Both the position numbers and the translations under genes were made by a program. Shown piece after piece: positions 13,341-25,658 of a DNA stretch of 64,000 bases. The notes under the pieces were generated by a model. The model saw only the letters and a program-made list of their open reading frames with translations. It did no database searches and was not told the origin of the DNA. How positions within the stretch are numbered: the stretch's first letter is position 1; each line of letters starts with the position of its first letter. The stretch is from Macrostomum lignano (taxonomy: Eukaryota), in contig NIVC01000257.1 in NCBI GenBank assembly GCA_002269645.1, positions 434,001 through 498,000 on the forward strand. Reading direction: 5' to 3'.

Positions 13341-13984
13341 GTCTGTCCTATTATCTGTCCTAATCTGCCTCTGTTATAGGGCTGGTTGTGTGAGCCATTT
13401 TATGATTGATTTTTACCATGACCAATTTTACCCTTTTATGACTGATGATGATGCTGATGTTATGATTCATTGTGCCATTAAAAGACCGATAATACCATCA
13501 TACCCTCGTGACTGACAGTGCTTTGGCACCGTCTGTGTGCTCCATTATTGCGCCTGATGTAACACCCGGTGAGTACTGTTGCACAATTTACATGTACGTA
13601 TAAGTCGGAACGGTTTTGATAAATTAGACAAAGTTCTAATTGAATAGTTGCAAAATAAAATTTGGAAGTACGAGGCTGAATAGGTTTACATACATCAACG
13701 TTTTCAGGAAATGATTGTTAGGTGAAGTGTGGCATGACTACTAAAAGCTTGTTTAAAACTCGAACTACATGTAAGTCACTTTATATTGCTATATTCTTCC
13801 ATATACGGGTATACATGTACTTATGGTAATGGAAGGTAAATTATATAAAGCGAGAATTTAACCTAATGGCCAAGGTCCAGTAGGCATTATTATTGCACTT
13901 GCAAGTAGCGAACTCGTGACCTTTGGCCATTACCTTAAATATTCTCGCTTTAAATATTTAACCTTCCATTGATTTGAGGTTGCA

Positions 13985-14282
13985 TTCACAAACTCTAACT
14001 TTCACAACGTCAAAAGCAAATGATTTCACAAGGTCGAAATTTTGCGTCGAAAAACTCGAATGGCAGTGCAGTCACTTTCACAATGTCGAAACTTCATAAA
14101 ACTCGAAATTTCACGACTAACAAGAACCATTCGGTACTAAAGTGTTTCGGTGGGGTGAAATTTTGAGCTTGAGATTGAGAAGTGTAATTCGATCGAGTTT
14201 CGATGCTATGAAGCTCTGACCTAGTGAACAAGGAATTGGTTCGATTGGCATAGACGACGTTGTGAAATTTCGAGTTTGTGAA
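13985..14282. mobile_element. MITE-like element (~300 bp) with 27-bp terminal inverted repeats
   Basis: TTCACAAACTCTAACTTTCACAACGTC (13985-14011) matches the reverse complement of 14256-14282 with 2 mismatches; internal sub-repeats of the TIR. Target-site duplication not clear. Confidence 0.55.
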
Positions 14283-16133
14283 GCCCCCATTTATTGATTG
14301 ACTACAACCCAGGTGATTGAGTAGCGCCCTTCTTACCTAGCCTTTACTACGTAACCTAATAATTTAGGCTATGTCAGATTCTATAAAATGCGGCCCCATA
14401 TCCCAACCCAGCGAGAAGTGCTAGCTTCTGACTTTGTGGGACAGCTGATGAATAAGCAGGGTATCTTATATATTATTCTAACTTCAAGCTGCATTATTCA
14501 GATGCCGACTCATGCTTCAAGACAGTGATTTTGCCATATTCGTGTATTTAAGATCGCGCGTGTCACTTGACTGCAGTCATAAAAGTTCATTAAAGTTTAT
14601 AAAATGAAGCGACATCCAACAAATGTGAAATGTATGGGGTTTTAGGCCTATCAACTTTTCGGTAGGTCCAAGCCTAATTCTTAGGTTCGGCTTTGTACAC
14701 TATTTTTATTGGTAATTCGATCTATTTTAAGTGGCCAGCGCGCTAGCAGTTAATAGGCAGACCAACTTAAATTTAAATTCGTCAGTTAAAAACAACAAAG
14801 TTGGTTTCGCTAACACCTCTTCTGAATAAAAGCAATGCTTGTAACAAAATAGAGTCAAAATTAATGACTACAAGTTTTTCTATCTTGAATAAAATGCTTA
14901 GAAACTTTACCTCATAAGATTTTCGTTTTCGTTTTCGTTTTCAGCTGGAAAGCATGCTCAAATCTCTTGAAACTTAACTAGGCACTCGCCCCCTGCATCA
15001 GGAATCCATCAAATTGGATAAAATCAACATGCTGAACACGTGAAACGTGGACGTCATAGGATACAGTATTATAGTACAGTCAATATCTGAATTAGACTAG
15101 GCCTCCTGAAAAGTTTTGCGGCTAGAACATTGTTAAAAAAATGCACAACATTAACTTTATAGGTTAATTAGCTAGCTTGTCTAGACATATAGTATTATTA
15201 AATTAGGAATTTAGAATATTTGGATTAGGCCTACAATACTTATTGTATTTTCAACTTAAAAACGCTTTCATACTGCATTGTGCCTATTAGACGCAGTGAT
15301 CATTTTTGCCTACTTACTATCAGAAAGTAAAGTAAGTTTTATATTAAATTAGATAGACCTACTAAAAAATGAAAACTTCTATATAACTAAACCTGAAAAT
15401 TTTCTATGTATGTATGTACATAATCGATTTTAAAAGAAATTTATCCACCCAATTTTTTTCAAACTTGTGTTTTACTATTCAATTATCTAAATCTAACTGT
15501 AAATTAGTACAGTTCTCTTGGCTAAGAGATTGCTCCATTATAAAAGGATAAAATATTAAAAAAACATGCTTTTTGCAAAGGTCAAGCAGATTTTTTTGAC
15601 TTGAAGTGTATTGTAAAATGCTAAAGAAAAAACTGACTGGCAAATTCCAATTCTAAAATAGATTTAGCTACACTAGGCTTTTTGGCATAACTATGGTTTC
15701 GTTTGTTATATTATTTTATTTAAAAAAGTGACAAGTTATTAGAGATTACAACAAACCGTATTTGGAGAAGTTCAAATTAGAGTTCGAAGTCACGAGAAAG
15801 ATAATTAGAGGGGATAATAATGTGACACCCAGTAGAGAAAGTTGCCAAACTCATTCCATGGATATAGACGGCATCACAGAAATTCCTACAGATGAGTTTC
15901 AAATAGACCATCACTTGTCCCATACATGTTGCAAAACTTCGCCTTGCAATGTGCCCATGTTCCCTTGATACCAGTGTGTGGATCATGTATCCCTATATGC
16001 CGGAACAAATTCAGGTGTCAAGGACTTTGTACGCCAGTGTACGCCAGCCAGGTTCCAGTTTTACGCCAGTAGAGCGACCGGGGGGGGGTGGGGGTGTACC
16101 ACTGCGGATCCGACAACAAAGGATTATTTTAGG

Positions 16134-16159
16134 ATCCTAACCCTAACCCCCTAACCCTA
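16134..16159. repeat. Short interstitial telomere-like (CCCTAA)n tract
   Basis: CCTAACCCTAACCCCTAACCCTAA. Confidence 0.7.
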
Positions 16160-16384
16160 AAGATGTTTCTTTCACTTTTCACAGTATTTGCCATAACTTA
16201 GATTCATATGGCATTTTTATTATACTTAAAAATCTTTTTTTTAAATTGGCAACTGGCATGGGGAAATGAAGTTGCCAGATTGGCTTCTGATGCCAAAAAT
16301 CCAATTGCCAATGACATTTTCAAGGGACCAAGAAACCCCATATGGCCCAAAAAATAAATCCAGGTGACAAAACTGTTAAAAGTG

Positions 16385-17250
16385 TTAAGTAGCCTCGTGT
16401 GCCGCGCCGACGAAGTCGCACTTCGAGGTCTCCTTCTTGCGCCTGTCAAGTACCTTGCTGACCGTGTAGGTCGTAGCACGCCCGCTCGTAAAAAAAGGTA
16501 ACCGGTGCCTCTGGCTGGGGGTGTCGCCGTAGCCTTTTAGATATAGCGGAACAGCATCGTCTAGCAGGCGCTCGCACGCGTCACTGCCTAGCGGCGGCAG
16601 CATCCAGCGGAGCCTGGTCTGCAGCTGTAGGGTGTCGTTAGACTTACGACCATGCTGCTGCTGGGACCACATCGTTGCATAGAAGGACTCCGCGATGGCC
16701 TCTGAAAAAGCATATGGTTTTTAGGGTGCTGCCTTTACAAAAGGGTACCAAAACAATAAGCTAATAAGGGACTTAGTCATTGATCATAGATCATTTTTCT
16801 TATTTCTTTAAGTCGCAGTGCCGCATATTGTTACACTGAATTCCACGTTAGCCAACTGTTACGGATCTGTACTAAAACGAAATACTTCTGACCATGGGAA
16901 CTTAGTGCAGTGCAATGCGCGCATGTATTGGTTAGCTACTGTAAGCCAAAATAATGAAAACTGCAAAGTCTCACTCACCAGTGCCGCCCCGATTGAGCGC
17001 AAAGTCTAGCAGCATACACGACTGCTAGCAGCGCGGCGGAACACGCGGGGATCGACATAAAATGACTTTATAACTTTCTCCTCGTTGAGGGTAGTGTTGA
17101 AGTCCACCCCGGCATCCGTCTTGCCTGCCAGCCGCAGCTTCATATCCGCTAGGCTGCGCGCCAGGGCCAGGCGCAGCTGCGAAATAGGGCCCTCGACATC
17201 GGGCTCTAGCCAGCCCTCCCGGCCCTCTCCAGAGCAAATGACCTGATGGT
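16385..17250 (-). pseudogene. Remnant of a spliced transposase-like gene, possibly the C-terminal dimerization region of a hAT transposase
   Basis: Two GC-rich minus-strand coding-like blocks (about 17250-17006 and 16704-16385) separated by an AT-rich gap ending in TTTTTCAG. EAIAESFYATMWSQQQHGRKSNDTLQLQTRLRWMLPP loosely resembles the hAT S-x-x-E-R-x-F-S ... L-x-x-L ... GP dimerization motif. No catalytic core is visible. Confidence 0.4.
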
Positions 17251-17454
17251 GTGGTACAGGTTTTGTGGGTTGATCAAGGCTTGATAGTGTTTGTATAAAC
17301 TGTTGGGTCCTGGGGGTCCACAAAATAGAGCCAGTGGTTTATAGATGCGTGATTTGGCAGTGCATTGTATGCAGCCCAACCATCCATTTTGAAACATCCG
17401 TTTTGAAATTTAAAATGAAAAATAATATAATGAATGAAACCATAGTTATGCCGG

Positions 17455-20400
17455 CTTTTTATTTATTCTGTTTATTGGCTAAATTAGACACTAAATTGAA
17501 TTGCATCACAGTGTTAAAAACACAATGTGAAAGCATAGCACTGGCACCAGACTTGATTTAGATTGTGTAACTATATTATTGTCAACTTAATAGAGACAAG
17601 TACCAAATTGCCTAAGCAATTGATTATATTATAACTGACTTAGTGTGAGTATTGAATTATAAGTGTTTAATAGTGCTACAAATTCATTGTATCTATCTAT
17701 TTGTCTGTCTATCTGTCTGTTTGTTCAGTTTGCTTATCCCATTATTCTTAGCATTTCTGCCCAGTTACTATCTGGTAATTTTCTAAAAGCAGGATTTTGG
17801 CTAAGTTGGAAAAGGTAGGACTCAGTCTGTAGGGCCACCCAGCCTAGTCTCAGCCTCATCTTAAGTGGGTGCATAGTCTTCCTATGGCTGACAAAAAACT
17901 GGCAAAAAAAGTTTGAGCAGTGGATAGCAGTAAGGCAAAGATAGCCAAGTAGTGAGAGCTCAGTTTGTTTAAGACAAAAGGTGTGATAGGCTAGGCTTCT
18001 CAACAGAGTTTGGGTTAGCTGTTGCCAAGGGATGCTGGCCCTTGAAAGAGCTAGAGGTGAGAGCTAGAGATGAGATTAGCCTAGAGGTGATTAGGCTGAA
18101 CTGATAATGCAGCAATATGGGTTCAAATTTTTAGAGCATCAAGTTTTATGTAATACAAAAATTAAAAAGAACATTATGTAATACACAAAAGAAGCGTCAT
18201 GTCAAGCATTAAATAAGTGTCATATTAGGCATTAAATAAGTGTCATGTCAGGCATAAAGTAAGCCTCATGTCAAGCACTAAATAAGTGTCATGTTAGGCA
18301 TTAAATAAGCATAATGTCAGGCATAGGATAGACAATGTTAACATAAAAGGAGCATCATGTAAAAAATAAAAGAAGTCCTATATAAAAAAGAAGTGTAATG
18401 TAAAACATAAAGCATCACTTGAAATAGTGCTACAACTCTTGGGGGACATCATAGGGAGACAATAGCTGTCTAAGGTTGCTTATTATATATGGTAGCTGCT
18501 TGCTCTTGGGAGATGCTTGCTTAGGGGAATTGTTAAGATATCAAGACTTACTGCAAGGGAGTTCCTGAGATGGCTAGGCTCATTGGGGGAATTGCTAAGT
18601 TGTTTCAATCAAATAGTTTATTCACTCAAATCAACTATTTGAGTGATTTCTGGACTTTTACATGAGTATTTTGGGGATTCCTTGACATTGTAAGGGGCAT
18701 TTCTGATTTATAAAAAATATACTAAGGCAGGAGACTTTAGATAAAATAAAATAAATATTGACTAAATAAGAGAATCCTTAAGTCAATGGGAATCTAATTG
18801 ACCAAGCAGAATATTAAATGATCAAAAGGACAATTGTGACTATATTTAGGAATTATATTCATTTGTAAAGAATTTATATAGGAGGTAAAACTGTTAAATA
18901 GAATTCGGATTGGGCCCCCCAATGGGAAGGGCAGTTATGCTAGTGTAATACTAATAATAAAAATTGCTATTTAACTTTTTTACTTAATTAATTTACTATA
19001 TAAGTATTTGATTAATTATTTTTACTATATATATTCAATGCTCAATATTTAGGAATCTTAAAGATTAGCAAAATGGGTAGCTGCAGCTTTTTTGTAGCAC
19101 TCATTTGCCAGGTCTGCCTAGCGCAAAGCAAATATTTTTTAGAATGCTATATGAAAAAAGTTGTTACAATGCTATAATAAGTCTTATGAAAGTGCAAGAT
19201 TTTCTGTATTATTCTTTAAATTCTTTTCATCAGCATAAATTATAGAACCAATAATATGTAAAACTTGGCTATTAAACCTACAAGATGATAAAATAATCAG
19301 ATTTACAACCAAAGTAGTCATAAATATTAATAGATTTTTCAAAACTTGCCAATGTATAGTTTGACAGGATTTTATTATAAACATGCTAAGTTTGTTTGTT
19401 GCCTTAGGGCTTAAATAACTTCTCCCTAGAATATATATGAGGAATCAGGCTATGGACAAATGTCCCAAAGGAAAAAATTCTTACAAAGAAAGTTCTTATA
19501 TTCCATCAGGCAAATGCATGAATGAGGAAATTTCCATGCATGATTTTGATGCATTGCTTGCAAAAAGGTTGAGCGCAGGTGATACACAGCATGATACTAT
19601 CATTTTGAAGATAGCCACAGTATGATTGAAGTTCAAAGTACTTTAAAAATGAGGTCATGTCATAATTGTTGAATATCTTCTTAGATTGCCAGTCTATCAA
19701 GTTGCTAAAAGGTCTTCTATGTCTATTATCAATCTCTTACTCACCTTTCTTGTTTTCTAGATCTGCTTGCTATTCTTGCTGCTTAGAAAGAACACTTGAT
19801 ATATCTTTTTGGCACTAGTTCTACTGTGCTATACTATATGGTATAATGAAAAAACCTAGTCTATACCTTCTTTAAAGACATAGCTAAATTGAGCTTGGGG
19901 GACTGGAAATGTATAATAGCCAAATACTAGGTTGCAAAAAGTATGCTTTATAAAAAAATCAGTCAACCTCCTAAAGTAAAACTGTAAAAAGCAAAGTAGC
20001 CTGTCATATGGTCTGAAGGGATATTATTTGATTCTATGCAGCAATATTAAAGCAGTTTTATTACTAGCAAAAGACATGGATGACACTTATACTAAGAAGG
20101 ATAAGACCAGAACAATAATTTTGCAGGCATAAAAGTGAGTAGATGATCAGGATAGAATAATAGCACTGTAGGTAGATGATCAATGATAATATAGTAGTAT
20201 GAGGGCACAGATAGAATATTGGCAAATACTTAAAAACTAAAAGTATGCCACAATAAAAATACTTAAGAGCTTTTTATTATGAAGCTATTATATACTTCCA
20301 ATCTTATGATTTTGTAAGCTTTTGGCCTGGCTAGTTGGTTATTTTTGGGTGCATTGGCAATAGGCCTATGTCATATTTTATATTTGGTTTATATTTTAAC

Positions 20401-22140
20401 CTTGTCTATTAATAAAATTAATTGTAATTATAATACTACTATTAGTAGGATAGCCAAAACCTTTGTAATCAGCCTACTTTGGGTATGTTATACATAGCTT
20501 ACATAGCTTACCATAGTAATATCATTGATTTAAAAACTAACAAACTTGCAATTGCAAATAAGCTTTAAAAACAAAACTGTATCAATCAATAATATAATGT
20601 CTCCTAATATCAGTCATCTTCTCACAGTGCTTATACAGCTTTTTTCCTCAGCTTGCTTTTTCCTTTAGCTGCTAGAATCAATATAATAGCCTATTTGACC
20701 TCTTAATGGTTTGCAAAATTCTTCTTTAAAAAGTTAGCCTTTAGACATTTGAATAGAAATCTACTATACAAGTTGAAGTCTAGGCTATGGGGACTTTGCC
20801 TAGTCCCTAGATTTACTTGCAGTCTAAGTAGAAAATCTAAAATAGCCTTCCTATAGGTGAGCAACTAGGCCTACACATTGTTTATCTATCATAAAACCTC
20901 ATTCAATTAAATTAGATTTTATTAAAGAGTACATTAAAAGTATGCTAGCTAGTATGCCTAGTATGCTACCTAGTATGTATCAAATAAATTGATACTAAAG
21001 TACAAACTATTGACCTTAGTGTTTAATAAAGTTATAGAGATAGACTTAGGTATTCTTCAAGAATTGTTCACTAAACTCTGGCCATTCACTAAGCTCTTGG
21101 CCAATAGTGATGGTCTCCTTTGTCATCTAGGACTAGGTGACACCAGGTTTATAATTAACAACCAGGCAATTTAGGATATTAACCAAGCTCTTGCTATTGA
21201 ACATTTTCTAGATCTATTTGATGCAAGTGTCTTGTTGAAATTCTTAGTGATTTTTGTTCGTTACCATATTGGAATAACTGCTTGTATGATGTACAACCAT
21301 CTGTTCTACAAAGTTGTTAAATTTTGGTTCCATGCTGCAATACTGCAAAATTAATTATATTTATATACAACATTTACTGTCTAAGCAATAAGCATAATGT
21401 TTATAAACCTGTGCCACATATCTGTAGGATCTGAAATTGTATTTCAATAGATATTAATTACATTTTACTAGTTATTAGTTACATTGTGCAGCAAGGCAAA
21501 ATCAAGTCCTTAAAAAGGCTTGAAAGCACAAAGTGTTCTTCCTATTTCTTTATGGTGTCATTGGCTTTGTCATAGTGTAGTTTGTACAGGCATCTGGAGC
21601 ACTTGAGCCATAAACTGCAATATTATTTAGAAATTTATAGAATTAACACTGCAATGCATGCTACTACAGCAGCCATCCCTTTACCAAAAAAAAGAATCCG
21701 AATAAGAGAAGAACTTTCAAACAATTCAAATGAGTGATTAATGAATGGTTTATTAATATTGGTACATATAGTCAGTCAGCCAGCCATACTCGGGTTCAAT
21801 GGCTTTCAACCCTTATACTTCATTGAGCAGCACCTTGCCTTTGCCACTGTCTTGCTCTCTATCTAAGAAATAAATTAGGCTGTTTCTCTTTGCTTTCTCA
21901 ACTTAGCCTTGCCCAGTATATGTGAGCTGCCAAACTGGTAAATCCAACATGATCCAAACTTACAACCTTCTGACATGCAGTCACCAAAAGATTCAATTTT
22001 AGTTTTGTCAGCAATTTTTGCATTTTACCAATGTTTTTCCTTTCATCTAATGTCTGAAATTGACATTAAATAAAATTGCTTAGATTCACAAATGTATAAA
22101 GTTCAATTTTTCACCTTGCAGATTGCTAAAAATGGCAAAT
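17455..22140. other. CpG-depleted, C-to-T hypermutated AT-rich island, probably a decayed coding or mobile sequence
   Basis: About 7 CG dinucleotides found by eye in ~4.7 kb, whereas AT-rich flanks (13.4-15 kb, 23.9-27 kb) contain many; TAG/CTA are abundant. Confidence 0.75.
18192..18330. repeat. Degenerate 23-bp tandem repeat (about 6 units)
   Basis: Units such as AAGCGTCATGTCAAGCATTAAAT, AAGTGTCATATTAGGCATTAAAT and AAGTGTCATGTTAGGCATTAAAT. Confidence 0.8.
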
Positions 22141-23924
22141 GCAGACGCAGATGAGGATTCATTATCTGTAATCGAGCTGCTTACTTGCTCCATATGCAAC
22201 TGCATTGTATCCGATCCTAGGTTTCTTCCTTGCACTCACTCTGTGTGTCTCACCTGTGTGGATTCTATCAGAGATACCATAGACTGGTGCACTGGCAGCT
22301 GTGCTGTCTGCCAGCACAAACTTCAACTGCCTTTTAGTTCGTCTCAGCTAGGTCGCGATCTCGCCAAATCTCAGCTGGCCAAAATAGTTAAGATCAATAA
22401 AAAGAACAGACAGCCCCTCTGCTCAGCTCCTGACTGCCAGAATGCGTGGAAGGCCGTGTCAGGCTTGTCGAGCCGAGCCATGTGCGAGCAGCATCTGCAG
22501 GCGGAGCTGGACCGGCTGGCTGCAGAGGTGGCCTCACTGAGAGAGCCGGTCGCGGCTGCACTGGCGCCAGCAAGCCGTCTCTCAGGAATTTGTGGTCGAG
22601 CGGCAGAGAAGAAGCAGAGTCTGGAGGCCACGCAGCGAGAGGTGGAGTCGAAGTTCGAGAGACTTCGAGAGCAGCTCGAGGACGCAGAGACGCTGGCGTT
22701 AAAGGCAGTTCGGATCGACATTGAGAGGAGCTCGAGCTGCAGCGAGAGTGCAGAGTCGATTCGAGCTCAGCTGGAGCAGTTTCAGAGTATGGGTGAGAGC
22801 TGGTCGGACTTGCAGACTGCAGGAAGTCAAGGTGCAGTGCAGCTGGTCGATGAGACGAAGAGAGCACTGCGTCAGCTTGAGCACCTTGACGACTCGTTTG
22901 CGACAGTCTCTGATGTAGTGAACTCTGCGTCTGAGAGTTTAGTTAGCAGCTTAAAGCCTGAATTAGAAAAATTGTCCGCTAAACTCGAGAATCTTGTTGA
23001 TCGAACGGTTTCGTGCCGGCGTGTCTTGTCGCTTGAAGAATCAAAGTCCGTTAAACTGCAGAGCACACCTGACTTTGTGACTCTGTTATCGGACTGCAAG
23101 TTGATTTTGGACAAAAATTCGTGTTTCCGTGCTATCCCCGAGAAGGGTAAAATTCCTGCTGGAGCTGTGGAAATTCGTGGCTCAGTTTTGTGTTTTCTAT
23201 ATCGAACAATAAAGCTGAGCCAATGGTGCAGTTGTTTTCATTTCCGAGTTGTGACATTATTTTAGGAGGATGTTTCAAGATTCCGTGTTACGATCAGAGG
23301 GGCTATCCGATTTTTCAAAATTTTGAAGTGGAAGCGTTTTTTGGTGTTTCTTCAAAGAGCGTTTTTATTTTAGCTATCGTGGATGCGATTGTTAGTTTTT
23401 CTATCGGAGGCGAGTTCTTAAAACGCATCCTAACTAAGAATTCGTCAGTGTGGTCATTTTGTTCCAAGTCGGAGCAGCTGATAATTTTTTCACCAAATCA
23501 TGGCATCAGCCTGTATGATTCGGAGCTGCAGCTTATGAAATTAATTTCCGTTTCGGATTTGTCATGTCCTTCCGTATTGTCAATGTGCCCGCAGTTTATC
23601 CTGGCAGACTTGGGTGATAGGCAGGTGTCAAGAATCGACGTTAGCAACCGCAGCGTGACCACACTGGCACAGTGCAAGCACCTGAGAGCTCAACTTCAAC
23701 GCGCCAGTGTTATTTGTGAGGCTGAAAGCAAAATGTGCTTTGTACGCGGTGCAAAGTCAATCTTTGTGATGAACGAACAATTTGGTTTAGTTGAAAAACT
23801 GGAAATAAAAACTGCGCTACCAGGCGGCTTCTTCAAGGTCCGCATCTCAAACATGGATTATCTTGTCGTGTGCAGCGCTGCCGGAAAGTCCGTTGACTTT
23901 ATCTCAATTAATAACTATGAGTAG
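22132..23924 (+). pseudogene. TRIM-like copy A (RING-degenerate B-box-coiled coil-NHL-like) with a 1-nt frameshift near 23209-23213
   Basis: C3HC4 RING CSICNCIVSDPRFLPCTHSVCLTCVDSIRDTIDWCTGSCAVC. Two overlapping ORFs (22123-23265, 23190-23924) join into a paralog of copies B and D if one base is restored (ACA ATAAA GCT GAG versus ACA CAGTAT TCT GAG in B). Could be an assembly error. Confidence 0.8.
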
Positions 23925-24563
23925 TGCGCTGTAGAATCAGCTTACTTTTGATGCTTATAAAAATGTTTTGGTGCTTTTTATATGGTGTTTCATTGCACTG
24001 TCTGCTATTCTCAACGACCATAAAACTCGATCCATAAGTGGTAGGGTGGGGTTTCTTCCTAATGGACACATTCATTTCTGAACACAACAGTTGCTGTACA
24101 ACTTGCTTGCTCTTAAGTGTCCTCTGATTTTAAAACTAATTCTAATTAAACTGTACGTGTTAGAAATATGAAGCATTAAGCTGAGACTGGTCTCGGTTTA
24201 AGCTTAGCTTAAGCCACATTTCGATCGAACTGGGGTGGGTGATGGAGGGACCATATTTACATAGCTTTTTCGTCTCATTAGTTGCCTGAACTGGCCCCGA
24301 GATTTGCAGTCTATCTGGGGTAGAACAGATTGTAACAAAATGTGGCTCACATATGCATGTCAATTGCCAAGGTTTTTTCTTCCACTGTTGTACTCAAGTT
24401 TTTCCTTCTTTTCTGAATCTCTGTGAAGATTTTTATTTATAACTTGTATTTTTTGTAATTTATTTTTTCGTATCCCTACAGTGTCTTCTATTTTTGTACT
24501 GGCTATTTTTGCTTTTTATGAGATTTGCGCAAATAACCCTAGAGTTTTTTCCTTCATAACCAA

Positions 24564-25658
24564 CATAGGCGTAGGAACGGGGGGAGCCAGTGGGGCCATG
24601 GCCCCCACTTTTTAAAATGGGGGGGGGCAATAATGGTATCTGGCCCCTCCACATTTTTAATGTAAAATGTAGACTTTTTGCTTATTTTTTGGTTTTTGCT
24701 GCTTTGGATGAATGCATTTTTCTGCAAGGGCGACGCTTGCAGCGCTAAAATGAGTGCCTGCAGCGCTTTATAAAATAAGTGCTGACAAGATGGGTTCCGA
24801 AAATAATCGGTGCATGATAATGTGCATTTTCCATATAAAAAATCTAACTCGACGGGGCGTGCGCCCCCCCCCCCTAAATCCGTCACTGAACCTGCCCCCC
24901 CCCTAAATCCGTCACTGAACCTGCCCCCCCCCCTAAATCCGTCACTGAACCTGCCCCCCCCCCTAAATCCGTCACTGAACCTGCCCCCCCCCTAAATCCG
25001 TCACTGAACCTGCCCCCCCCCGCCTAAATCCGTCACTGAACCTGCCCCCCCTAAATCCGTCACTGAACCTGCCCCCCCCTAAATCCGTCACTGAACCTGC
25101 CCCCCCCCTAAATCCGTCACTGAACCTGCCCCCCCCCTAAATCCGTCACTGAACCTGCCCCCCCCCTAAATCCGTCACTGAACCTGCCCCCCCCCCTAAA
25201 TCCGTCACTGAACCTGCCCCCCCCTAAATCCGTCACTGAACCTGCCCCCCCCCCTAAATCCGTCACTGAACCTGCCCCCCCCCTAAATCCGTCACTGAAC
25301 CTGCCCCCCCCTAAATCCGTCACTGAACCTGCCCCCCCCTAAATCCGTCACTGAACCTGCCCCCCCCCTAAATCCGTCACTGAACCTGCCCCCCCCCCCT
25401 AAATCCGTCACTGAACCTGCCCCCCCCTAAATCCGTCACTGAACCTGCCCCCCCCCTAAATCCGTCACTGAACCTGCCCCCCCCCCTAAATCCGTCACTG
25501 AACCTGCCCCCCCCCTAAATCCGTCACTGAACCTGCCCCCCCCCTAAATCCGTCACTGAACCTGCCCCTCCCCTAAATCCGTCACTGAACCTGCCCCCCC
25601 TAAATCCGTCACTGAACCTGCCCCCCCCCCCACTTTTTGAAACGTTCCTACGCCTATG
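24564..25658. mobile_element. Non-autonomous hAT-type element (1095 bp) with an internal ~27-30-bp tandem array (CCCCCTAAATCCGTCACTGAACCTG, 24874-25630)
   Basis: Perfect 16-bp TIR CATAGGCGTAGGAACG / CGTTCCTACGCCTATG; 8-bp TSD ATAACCAA / TTAACCAA (7 of 8 match); empty paralogous site with a single TAAACCAA at 42720-42727. Confidence 0.85.

Noticed and set aside
1702-13363. Long repetitive ORFs in minisatellites (1748-2690, 3250-3954, 8071-8561, 9031-10239, 12834-13363)
   Set aside because: They lie in introns or spacers, are open in several frames and on both strands, and simply translate the repeat unit.
16134-16159. Chromosome end
   Set aside because: Only about four telomeric units embedded in continuous sequence.
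19380-21333. Argument that every stop in the island derives from a Gln or Arg codon
   Set aside because: Trivially true because all stop codons start with T; only the TAG excess and repeat-unit comparisons were used as evidence.
24874-25630. Regular arrays resembling CRISPR (also 60690-61797, 62323-63092, 63561-63920)
   Set aside because: Units are contiguous with no unique spacers, no cas genes are present, and the context is eukaryotic.
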